Below are positions 1-7,240 of a DNA stretch of 24,000 nucleotides, one piece after another. Origin of the DNA: Altererythrobacter sp. (GTDB taxonomy: Bacteria; Pseudomonadota; Alphaproteobacteria; Sphingomonadales; Sphingomonadaceae); contig JAEULJ010000001.1 of NCBI GenBank assembly GCA_016793865.1, positions 703,496 through 727,495 of the forward strand, in the 5' to 3' direction. Position numbers and translations under genes: made by a program. The first letter of the stretch is position 1. Each line of letters starts with the position of its first letter. Below the pieces are notes generated by a model that was not told the origin of the DNA, ran no database searches, and saw nothing but the letters and a program-made list of their open reading frames with translations.

Positions 1-1
1 C

Positions 2-1849
2 ATGGGCCTCAACCTGGACGTTACGCACATCGCCTTCGCCGGACTGACCAAGTTCGACGGGGTGCGCCAGCGGAGGCTGAGCCCGGCGGAGATGGCCCAG
101 ATCGCGGGCCGCGCGGGCCGGCATCAGCGCGATGGAACCTTCGGCACGCTGGCGGGCGCCGGCAAGGGCACCGGCGAGGCGCCGGAATTCACGCAGGAAG
201 AAATCTACGCGATCGAGGAACACCGCTTCGCGCCGCTCACCCATCTCTACTGGCGCGAGGCCGAGCCGAGCTTCGACAGCCTCGCCACTTTGATCGGCGA
301 TCTCGAGACACCGCCCGCCGATCCTGTGCTTCGGCTCGCACCCGAGGGCATCGACCTCGCGACCGTCAAGCGCCTCGCCGAGGAGCCGCTGGCCGAGGCG
401 ATCCGCACGCCCGGCCAGGTGCGGCGCTTCTGGGAGGTCTGTTCGCTCCCCGACTTCCGCCAGCGTGGCGCCGACGTTCACGCCCGCTTCGTGGCCCGCC
501 TGTGGGAAGACTTGCAAACCGGCCACATCGGTGCCGATTTCGTCGCCGCCCGGATCGCCGAACTCGACAATGTCGCCGGGGACATCGATACGCTGCAGGG
601 CCGGATCGCCGCGATCCGGAGCTGGGCCTATATCTGCCAGCGGCCGGACTGGGTGCTGGCGCGTGGCGCGATGGCGGCGCGGGCCCGCGCGGCGGAGGCG
701 CGGCTGTCGGACGCGCTTCATGCGCGGCTGACCGAAAGATTCGTTAACCGGAGGACATCGCTGCTGATGAAATCGCTGGGACAGGACGGCGCGCTGCTGC
801 CGATCGCGCTGGGCGCGGACGATACCGTGATGGTCGAGGACGAGGTGATCGGCCATCTCGAAGGCTTCCGCTTCGTGGTCGACCGCGCCGCCGGTCACGC
901 CGAAGGACGGATGCTGCTGGCCGCCGCAGAGAAGGCCTTGCCGCGGCTGCTTGGCGAGCGCGCGGAGGCACTGGCCGGCTCGAATCTGGAAGGGGTCACG
1001 CTGGAGCAAGGGGCGCTCCGCTGGCAGGGACGCGATCTTGCCCGCCTCCACTTCACGCCCGGCTCGCTCAAGCCGCGCATCGAGACGCCGCGCGAGATCG
1101 ACGCACTGCCCGAACCGGCGCGCAAGCTGCTGGGCGAGGCGATCGAGCGCTGGATGAGCGCCCGGATGCAGCCCCTCGCTCCGCTGGCGGGATTGATTGA
1201 TCATGCGCGCGATCCCGCCGCGAGCAGCGAGGCGCGCGCGCTGCTGCTGGCGCTCGTCGCCGGCCACGGGCTCGCCACCCGCGACGAGGCCGGGATCGCC
1301 CATCTTGCCAAGGAAGCGCGGCCATTCCTGCGCCGCGTGGGGGTGACCTTCGGAGCGCTCGACATCTTCGCACCCGCGCTTCTCAAGCCGGCACCGCGCC
1401 AGCTACTGAGCGAACTCGGTATCGATCGTCGCCCGCTGGAACCCGCGATGCTGCCGGTGATCGCCGACACGCGGCGGCTTCCTGTCGGCTACCGCCATGC
1501 CGGAACCCAGGCGATCCGGCTGGACCTGGCGGAGAAGGTCATTCGCGCCATGCACGATCAGCGTTCGGCGGCGCAGAAGGACGACCGCCGACGCCGCTTC
1601 GCGCTCGACCTCGCGCTGCCGACTTCGATCGGGCTGGCGCCGGGCAATATCGTCCGCCTGCTCGGCCAGGCGGGCTTCCGCGTCCAGCAGGCGCGCCCAT
1701 TGCCCGATTCCGCCTTCGGACCGCCAAGGCCCGATCTGTGGGAATGGCGCCCGCAGCATCTGCGCCCGGCGCGCGGTGAATCGGCGGCGCCGGCCCGGCC
1801 CGTGCCACCCGGCAACCCCTTTGCCGCCCTGGCGGGGCTGGTCCGCTAG
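2..1849 (+). CDS. SF2 helicase, C-terminal part (Suv3-like / 'helicase-related protein'); 5' end lies outside the window
   Basis: The frame is open from the window edge to TAG at 1847-1849. Helicase motif VI (QIAGRAGRH) lies near the start of the visible part and is followed by a long C-terminal extension. The gene sits at the head of the helicase-S4-fdxA-carD order common in alphaproteobacteria. Confidence 0.75.
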   Translation: MGLNLDVTHIAFAGLTKFDGVRQRRLSPAEMAQIAGRAGRHQRDGTFGTLAGAGKGTGEAPEFTQEEIYAIEEHRFAPLTHLYWREAEPSFDSLATLIGDLETPPADPVLRLAPEGIDLATVKRLAEEPLAEAIRTPGQVRRFWEVCSLPDFRQRGADVHARFVARLWEDLQTGHIGADFVAARIAELDNVAGDIDTLQGRIAAIRSWAYICQRPDWVLARGAMAARARAAEARLSDALHARLTERFVNRRTSLLMKSLGQDGALLPIALGADDTVMVEDEVIGHLEGFRFVVDRAAGHAEGRMLLAAAEKALPRLLGERAEALAGSNLEGVTLEQGALRWQGRDLARLHFTPGSLKPRIETPREIDALPEPARKLLGEAIERWMSARMQPLAPLAGLIDHARDPAASSEARALLLALVAGHGLATRDEAGIAHLAKEARPFLRRVGVTFGALDIFAPALLKPAPRQLLSELGIDRRPLEPAMLPVIADTRRLPVGYRHAGTQAIRLDLAEKVIRAMHDQRSAAQKDDRRRRFALDLALPTSIGLAPGNIVRLLGQAGFRVQQARPLPDSAFGPPRPDLWEWRPQHLRPARGESAAPARPVPPGNPFAALAGLVR

Positions 1850-1865
1850 GGTTCGGGCGCGGGCG

Positions 1866-2159
1866 GTGCGGATCGACCGGCTGCTGTGCAATTTGCGCTT
1901 CGTGCGCACGCGCAGCCTTGCATCGAAGCTGGCATCGACCGGTCAACTGCGGCGCAACGGCGTGCGCATCACCCGCGCGAGCCAGGAGGTGGTGGTGGGC
2001 GATGTCCTGACAATTCCGCTGGGCGCCGCGATCCGGCTCGTCGAGGTGCTGGCGCTTCCCGAGCAGCGCGGCCGCGCGCGCGAGGCCCAGGCCTGCTATC
2101 GGGCGCTTGACCGGATCGCGCAAACGGACCTAGGCGATCACGAGACTCCTAGCGCCTGA
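1866..2159 (+). CDS. S4 RNA-binding domain protein (Hsp15-like)
   Basis: A GTG at 1866 is in frame with ORF 1497..2159 and lies 17 nt after the helicase stop. The product VRIDRLLCNLRFVRTRSLASKLASTGQLRRNGVRITRASQEVVVGDVLTI is a typical S4 fold sequence. The upstream part of the ORF overlaps the helicase and is Arg-rich noise. Confidence 0.75.
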   Translation: MRIDRLLCNLRFVRTRSLASKLASTGQLRRNGVRITRASQEVVVGDVLTIPLGAAIRLVEVLALPEQRGRAREAQACYRALDRIAQTDLGDHETPSA

Positions 2160-2174
2160 AAGATCCCAGCTGCC

Positions 2175-2513
2175 ATGACCTATGTCGTCACCGATGCCTG
2201 CATCCGATGCAAGTACACCGACTGTGTCGAGGTCTGCCCCGTGGACTGTTTCTACGAAGGCGAGACGATGCTGGTCATCAACCCCAGCGAATGCATCGAT
2301 TGCGGCGTGTGCGAGCCCGAATGCCCGGCCGAGGCGATCCTTCCCGATACCGAGGACGGGCAGGAACAATGGCTGGAGCTGAACGCCAAATATTCGGCCG
2401 AATGGCCCAATATCACCCAGAAGAAAGATCCCCCGCCCGATGCCGACGAGCACAAGGGTGAGGAAGGAAAGTTCGAAGCCTATTTCACTCCCGAACCGGG
2501 CGAGGGCGACTGA
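2175..2513 (+). CDS. fdxA: 7Fe ferredoxin (Azotobacter type, [3Fe-4S][4Fe-4S])
   Basis: The N-terminus [29 protein letters not shown]...[16 protein letters not shown] carries both canonical Cys clusters. The product is 112 aa with an acidic C-terminal tail. Confidence 0.93.
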   Translation: MTYVVTDACIRCKYTDCVEVCPVDCFYEGETMLVINPSECIDCGVCEPECPAEAILPDTEDGQEQWLELNAKYSAEWPNITQKKDPPPDADEHKGEEGKFEAYFTPEPGEGD

Positions 2514-2540
2514 CGCCGCGCCGCCGCTGGGCGACAGCCA

Positions 2541-2579
2541 ATTGCGAGTCGCAATCTTCTTGCTTTCGTGCTATATAAT
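2541..2579 (+). promoter_or_regulatory. Putative carD promoter: palindrome ATTGCGAGTCGCAAT (2541-2555) upstream of TATAAT (2574-2579)
   Basis: A perfect 7+1+7 palindrome is centred on GAGTC. A TATAAT hexamer follows, preceded by TG at 2569-2570. It lies in the 237-nt fdxA-carD gap. No convincing -35 hexamer at canonical spacing. Confidence 0.3.
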
Positions 2580-2750
2580 CTGAGTCCCGCCCCGGTGTGC
2601 GAACACGTCGCATGCATCCGGCGCGGTATGCAACGCTGAAAGGCAGGATCGCCGCCACTCCCCCCGAACTGCATCCGCGCGGCTCGCCTATCGGCCGCGA
2701 AGGCGGAAAAATGCAGGTCGCGGCACGATCCGCCGATGAAAGGACCAAGC

Positions 2751-3284
2751 ATGGCGAGCAAGGCCGATGCCTTCGATGTTGGTGACTACGTTGTCTATCC
2801 CAAGCACGGCGTTGGCCGTGTGATCGAGCTGCAGAGCGAGGAAATCGCCGGCATGAAGCTCGATCTTTATGTTCTGCGCTTCGAGAAGGAGCGCATGACG
2901 TTGCGCGTTCCGGTCAACAAGGTCGAGGCAATCGGCATGCGCAAGCTGTCGAGCGACAAGACGCTCAAGGAAGCGATGGAGACCTTGAAGGGCAAGCCCA
3001 AGGTCAAGCGCACCATGTGGAGCAGGCGCGCGCAGGAATATGAAGCCAAGATCAACTCCGGCGACCTGGTTTCGATCGCCGAGGTGACCCGCGACCTGTT
3101 CCGCCCCGAAGACCAGCCCGAGCAGAGCTATTCGGAACGCCAGATCTTCGAAGCCGCCGCCAGCCGCCTCGCTCGCGAGCTCGCCGCGATGGAGAAGACC
3201 GACGAGCCGGCCGCTCTGGACAAGATTCTCGACGTGCTGCGCGAGCACGCGCCGCAATATTACGAGACCGCCGAAGAAGGCTGA
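2751..3284 (+). CDS. carD: CarD/CdnL-family RNA-polymerase-binding transcription regulator
   Basis: MASKADAFDVGDYVVYPKHGVGRVIELQSEEIAGMKLDLYVLRFEKERMTLRVPVNKV is the CarD N-terminal Tudor-like domain. I prefer the ATG at 2751, preceded by AAAGGA, over the ATG at 2736. Confidence 0.9.
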   Translation: MASKADAFDVGDYVVYPKHGVGRVIELQSEEIAGMKLDLYVLRFEKERMTLRVPVNKVEAIGMRKLSSDKTLKEAMETLKGKPKVKRTMWSRRAQEYEAKINSGDLVSIAEVTRDLFRPEDQPEQSYSERQIFEAAASRLARELAAMEKTDEPAALDKILDVLREHAPQYYETAEEG

Positions 3285-3306
3285 GCGGGCGATCGCAAGA
3301 CAACCG

Positions 3307-3335
3307 GGGGCCGCCTGAAAGGGCGGCCCCTTTTT
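3307..3335 (+). terminator. Rho-independent terminator of carD
   Basis: A 9-bp GC stem GGGGCCGCC (3307-3315) pairs with GGCGGCCCC (3322-3330) around a 6-nt loop. TTTTT follows at 3331-3335. Confidence 0.85.
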
Positions 3336-3474
3336 CATGCGCGTCTCTCCTCTGAGCGCTCCGGGGAGAGGCAGTTCCACCAATCGACTACATTTGTCGA
3401 TGAACGCACTCGACGAAGCGCCGGGGATCGGCGACATCGACAGCCACTGTCCATGCCCCCCGGAAGGAACCCCA

Positions 3475-4218
3475 ATGTCCCGCTTCCTGCTTGCCGGATC
3501 GTTCGCCCTTGCCGCCGCAGCGGCATTGGCCGCCGCGCCCTCCATCGCGGATAGCCCGCGCGACGGTCTCCAGCGTAACGGCAAGGCGATCGGTGCCGCC
3601 TGGACCGACACCGGACGCTTCGATAGCCTGACGGCGGCCGGGATGGACAATGTGCGGCTGGTCACCGGCGAGCACTGGCGCATTCGGGCGAGCGGCGATG
3701 CGCGCGCCGTCGCGCAGTTGCGCTTCATGGTAAAGGATGGCGCACTGGTGGTGGGCCGCGTGTCCGGGGGTCCGGAGCGCTCGGGCAAGGCGCAGATCGA
3801 GGTCACCGCACCCGCGATCCACGGCGTTACCGCCGCCGGCTCCGGAAACGTCGATGTCGAGCGCCTGACGGGCGCGAGTGCGGTCGCGACGATCGCAGGA
3901 AGCAGCCATACACTTGTCCGCAAGGTGGAGAGCAAGACCCTGTCCGCCACCATTGCGGGATCGGGCAGCCTCGACCTCAGGGGGCGCAGCGACCGTGCCG
4001 ACATCACCATCGCCGGCAGCGGCGCGTTCGACGGCAAGGCCTTTACCGCAGGCTCCGCCAGCGTGACCGTGGCCGGGTCTGGATCCGGGCGGTTTCGCTC
4101 TCCCGGTCCGGTCAGTGCCACTATCGCCGGAAGCGGCAGCGTCCGTGTGACCGGCACCACGACTTGCAGCGCGACGCGCCTGGGCTCGGGCCGGCTGATC
4201 TGCACCCGCGATTCCTGA
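3475..4218 (+). CDS. Secreted DUF2807 / 'head GIN domain' beta-helix protein (putative adhesin-like)
   Basis: The ATG at 3475 is preceded by GGAAGGA. A signal peptide MSRFLLAGSFALAAAAALAAAPSIA is followed by recurring (I/V)AGSG motifs spaced about 20 aa apart. The C-terminus is TTTCSATRLGSGRLICTRDS. The upstream ATG at 3337 abuts the carD terminator and encodes no signal peptide. Confidence 0.75.
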   Translation: MSRFLLAGSFALAAAAALAAAPSIADSPRDGLQRNGKAIGAAWTDTGRFDSLTAAGMDNVRLVTGEHWRIRASGDARAVAQLRFMVKDGALVVGRVSGGPERSGKAQIEVTAPAIHGVTAAGSGNVDVERLTGASAVATIAGSSHTLVRKVESKTLSATIAGSGSLDLRGRSDRADITIAGSGAFDGKAFTAGSASVTVAGSGSGRFRSPGPVSATIAGSGSVRVTGTTTCSATRLGSGRLICTRDS

Positions 4219-4316
4219 CCAACGCGCCATGGTGATCGACCGGAGCAGGCGCCGCCGATTGAACGGCTCCCCATCGTGTGTTAATTCGATAACACGCTGA
4301 GAAGGAGTTGAGAGTC

Positions 4317-5123
4317 ATGTCGAGGACCTTGCTCAAGAGCGCCGCCGCGATGGCAGCCCTCGCCCTGGGGCTTGCCGCCACTGCCTGCAACAATGGAACC
4401 GGGCTCGCCCCGGGCCTCAGCGATGGCGTTCCCCTGGCCGACCTCGATACCTCCGGCCCCGCGCCGACCCGAGTGATACTGGCCGGAGCCGATACGGTGA
4501 TCGTCAACGAGGGGGACGCCCTCACCATCACGGCAGATGGCGATGCGGATGCGGTTGCCGCGCTCCGTTTCCGCCTGGAAGACGGTACGATCGCGGTCAT
4601 GCGCGAACGGGACGCGAAGCCGAAGGGCGTTGCCACCGTAACCATCGCCATGCCCCCCGCGCGCGAACTGGTACTGGCGGGATCCGGCGCGATCCGCGCG
4701 GCAACCATGACCGATTCGGCCGAAATCAATCTCGCCGGATCGGGGCGTGTTGCCGTGAGCCGGGTCGCCGCCAGCAGCTTGCGCGTCAATCTGATGGGTT
4801 CCGGCACGCTCGATGCCGCCGGAACTGCCAGGCAGCTCGATTTCAATCTGGCGGGCTCGGGCAGAATGGCCTCGCCCCGGCTCAAGGTAGATACGGCATC
4901 GATCACGATCGCCGGATCGGGCGGGGGAGAGTTCGCTTCGGACGGTTCGGTGGAGGCAAGGATTGCGGGCTCGGGCGAAGTCACGGTCAATGGCCGTGCG
5001 ACCTGCAAGATCAGCGCCGCCGGATCGGGGAAGATCATCTGTCGCGGGGCAGACGGCGGAGCTTCCACTCCGGCCGCGCCTGTTGCTCCCCTCGCCCCGC
5101 CTCAGCCTCGCGAACCGGAATAA
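4317..5123 (+). CDS. DUF2807 / 'head GIN domain' beta-helix protein, probable lipoprotein (paralog of 3475..4218)
   Basis: GAAGGAG (4301-4307) lies 9 nt before the ATG at 4317. The N-terminus is MSRTLLKSAAAMAALALGLAATAC. It has eight GSG repeats, a C-terminal CKISAAGSGKIICRG, and a Pro/Ala tail. Confidence 0.75.
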   Translation: MSRTLLKSAAAMAALALGLAATACNNGTGLAPGLSDGVPLADLDTSGPAPTRVILAGADTVIVNEGDALTITADGDADAVAALRFRLEDGTIAVMRERDAKPKGVATVTIAMPPARELVLAGSGAIRAATMTDSAEINLAGSGRVAVSRVAASSLRVNLMGSGTLDAAGTARQLDFNLAGSGRMASPRLKVDTASITIAGSGGGEFASDGSVEARIAGSGEVTVNGRATCKISAAGSGKIICRGADGGASTPAAPVAPLAPPQPREPE

Positions 5124-5179
5124 TTCATCGCCCGGTAACGCAATTCACCCTAGGCCTTGCGGCGAAAGGGGTGCCCTGG

Positions 5180-5506
5180 ATGCGCGGCCGTTCCGTTCTG
5201 CTGCTGATCGCCTGCGTTCCGGCGCTCTCGGGGTGCGTGGGCACCCTGGTCGATGCCGCCACCCTGCCGGTGCGTGCAGCCGGCAAGGCGGTCGATTTGG
5301 CCACCACTAGCCAGTCCGAGGCGGACGAGAATCGTGGGCGCGAACTGCGCCGCCGCGAGGAGCAACTCGGCAAGCTGGAGCGCAGCTATGCCAAGCAGAG
5401 CGCGCGTTGCGAGCGCGGCGAAGCGAAATCCTGCGAAGAGGCTCGCAAGACCTACGCCGAGATCGAGGCCCTTCTCCCGACCTTGCCCGCCGAGCCGCGG
5501 CGCTAG
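5180..5506 (+). CDS. Small lipoprotein with a charged helical C-terminal half (hypothetical)
   Basis: It has a canonical lipobox, LLLIACVPALSGC. The ATG at 5180 is preceded by GAAAGGGG. The C-terminal half is Glu/Arg/Lys-rich (RGRELRRREEQLGKLERSYAKQ). Confidence 0.6.
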   Translation: MRGRSVLLLIACVPALSGCVGTLVDAATLPVRAAGKAVDLATTSQSEADENRGRELRRREEQLGKLERSYAKQSARCERGEAKSCEEARKTYAEIEALLPTLPAEPRR

Positions 5507-6258
5507 CCGTAGGCCCGTACGAAGAACGCCAGAGTCGTCGCCCCGGTCACCAGCAGCGTCCAGGCGCGCACCGCACCCGGGGAAAGCCGCTTGCCGACGT
5601 GTGCGCCCAGCCACCCGCCCAGAATCCCGCCCGCCAGCATCGGCAGGCAGGCCCACCACCACACCATCGCGAAGGCGATGAACACCAGCGCGGCAGCCAG
5701 GTTGGCCACGGCCAGCATGGCGGTGCGGATGGCGAACAGCTCGCGCGGCTGGATCCCCGCCAGCAGGCCGTAGAGCGCCGTCGTGACCAGCCCCACACCG
5801 CCGCCGAAATAGCCGCCGTAAACGCCCAGCAGCGACTGGGTGGCCAATAGCGTCGGCCGCCCGATGGTCACCCGCGCATGGAGCCAGTCGGCGGCACGCT
5901 TGCCGAAGGCCATCACCACGAAGGCGAACAGCAGCAACCACGGCACGATGACGTCGAAGGTTTCGGTCGGCGTCATGACCAGCAGCATGCTCCCTACGAG
6001 GCCGCCTGCGAAGGTGATCGCCGCCAGGACCGCCACCGCGATGCCCGCCACCGGGTGTAGCTCATCGCGAAAGGCCCAGGCACTTGCCGCGGCGCCGGGG
6101 AGCAGCGCGACGTTGGAGGTGGCATTTGCGATCGTGGCGGGCAATCCCAGCGCGATCAACGCCGGAAGCGTGGCGAATGTCCCGCCGCCGGCCAGCGCGT
6201 TCATCGCCCCGCCGATCATCCCGGCGGCGGCGGCGATCAGAAGCGGTGTAAACTCCAA
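5503..6258 (-). CDS. TauE/SafE (TSUP, DUF81) family anion exporter membrane protein
   Basis: The protein is polytopic and hydrophobic, with LAGGGTFATLPALIALGLPATIANATSNVAL typical of TSUP. The start is a TTG at 6258, 3 nt after the upstream stop, with AAGGG upstream. Confidence 0.8.
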   Translation of the reverse strand: MEFTPLLIAAAAGMIGGAMNALAGGGTFATLPALIALGLPATIANATSNVALLPGAAASAWAFRDELHPVAGIAVAVLAAITFAGGLVGSMLLVMTPTETFDVIVPWLLLFAFVVMAFGKRAADWLHARVTIGRPTLLATQSLLGVYGGYFGGGVGLVTTALYGLLAGIQPRELFAIRTAMLAVANLAAALVFIAFAMVWWWACLPMLAGGILGGWLGAHVGKRLSPGAVRAWTLLVTGATTLAFFVRAYG

Positions 6259-6261
6259 TTC

Positions 6262-7191
6262 CTACCCTTTCGGAGCTGCGGCGCGACGAAGCCGGTCGTT
6301 GATGGCGATCCCGATGCCGGTATCGGGTATCGCGGCGACGGCGATGCGCCGTTGCGGCGCCCCCGCCGCGCGGTGCAGGCAGGCGTAGAGATTGGCCGCC
6401 GCTTCCGCCAGATCGCCGCGCGGCGAAAGCGAACAATCTCCTTCCACCGGACCGAACCCGATCAGATACTCGCCGGCTTCGCCCCGCACGGCGTCCAGCC
6501 GGAGCGGCTTGCCCGGGGCGTAGTGGCTGGCGAGCTGGCCCGGCGCCTCCACCGCGCTTCCCCGCGCCGGCTCCGCCGCCACGTCGATCGGGCCGGGCCG
6601 CAGCAAATCGCACCTTCCGTCAGCGCGCACCGCCACGATGGTGGACTCAAGCCCGGCGGGGCACGGGCCCGCGTCGAGCACCGCGTCGATGCGCCCATCC
6701 AATGTCGCCAGCACGTGATCGGCCGTGGTCGGGCTGACGAGGCCGCTGCGGTTGGCGCTGGGGGCGGCGAGCGGCACGCCCACCTGCCCCAGCACGGCGC
6801 GCATTGCGGGGTGTGCGGGACAGCGCAGCGCAACCGTGTCCAGCCCCGCGGTCACGGCCGCCGCCAGCGTGGCGTCGCGGCGGCGCGGCAGGACCAGCGT
6901 CAAGGGTCCGGGCCAGTGCGAGGCCGCCAGAGCGCGTGCGCCATCGCCGAACTCCGCCAGCGTTTCCGCCTGCGCGAGCGATTCGACATGGACGATGAGG
7001 GGATTGAACCCCGGCCGCCCCTTGGCCGCATAGATGCGCGCCACCGCCGCATCGCTGTCGGCCCGGGCGGCGAGGCCATAGACCGTCTCCGTCGGCAGCG
7101 CGGCCAGCCCGCCGGCACGCAGCAGCACCGCCGCGCGCGCGATGCCGCCCTTGTCCGCGCCAAGCCGTTCCGTAGGGGATTTGCCGGTCAT
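6262..7191 (-). CDS. tsaC: L-threonylcarbamoyladenylate synthase (Sua5/YwlC type, with C-terminal Sua5 domain)
   Basis: LPTETVYGLAARADSDAAVARIYAAKGRPGFNPLIVHV, SANRSG and a roughly 100-aa C-terminal domain are characteristic of the Sua5/YrdC family. Confidence 0.88.
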   Translation of the reverse strand: MTGKSPTERLGADKGGIARAAVLLRAGGLAALPTETVYGLAARADSDAAVARIYAAKGRPGFNPLIVHVESLAQAETLAEFGDGARALAASHWPGPLTLVLPRRRDATLAAAVTAGLDTVALRCPAHPAMRAVLGQVGVPLAAPSANRSGLVSPTTADHVLATLDGRIDAVLDAGPCPAGLESTIVAVRADGRCDLLRPGPIDVAAEPARGSAVEAPGQLASHYAPGKPLRLDAVRGEAGEYLIGFGPVEGDCSLSPRGDLAEAAANLYACLHRAAGAPQRRIAVAAIPDTGIGIAINDRLRRAAAPKG

Positions 7192-7240
7192 ACCGGCCCG
7201 GTATATTCGCCGGGTTCACAATACCACCGGAAAGCCCAGT

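Noticed and set aside
3337-3474. The upstream ATG at 3337 as the start of the first DUF2807 gene.
   Set aside because: It begins 1 nt after the T-tract of the carD terminator and adds 46 residues with no signal peptide. The ATG at 3475 has a GGAAGGA Shine-Dalgarno sequence and starts directly with a signal peptide.
2688-4274. A 528-aa minus-strand ORF spanning carD and the first DUF2807 gene.
   Set aside because: It is antisense to two ORFs with clear family signatures and runs straight across the carD terminator. Its translation is Arg/Pro/Ala-rich with no recognisable motif. This is a typical stop-codon-poor alternate frame in GC-rich DNA.
4290-4297. The 8-mer TAACACGC shared between the DUF2807 upstream repeat (4290-4297) and the pilus CtrA-type box (14790-14797), suggesting a common regulator.
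   Set aside because: A single shared 8-mer between two AT-rich stretches of 100-200 bp is roughly what chance predicts. The surrounding architecture differs (N6-spaced inverted repeat versus TTAA-N7-TTAA).
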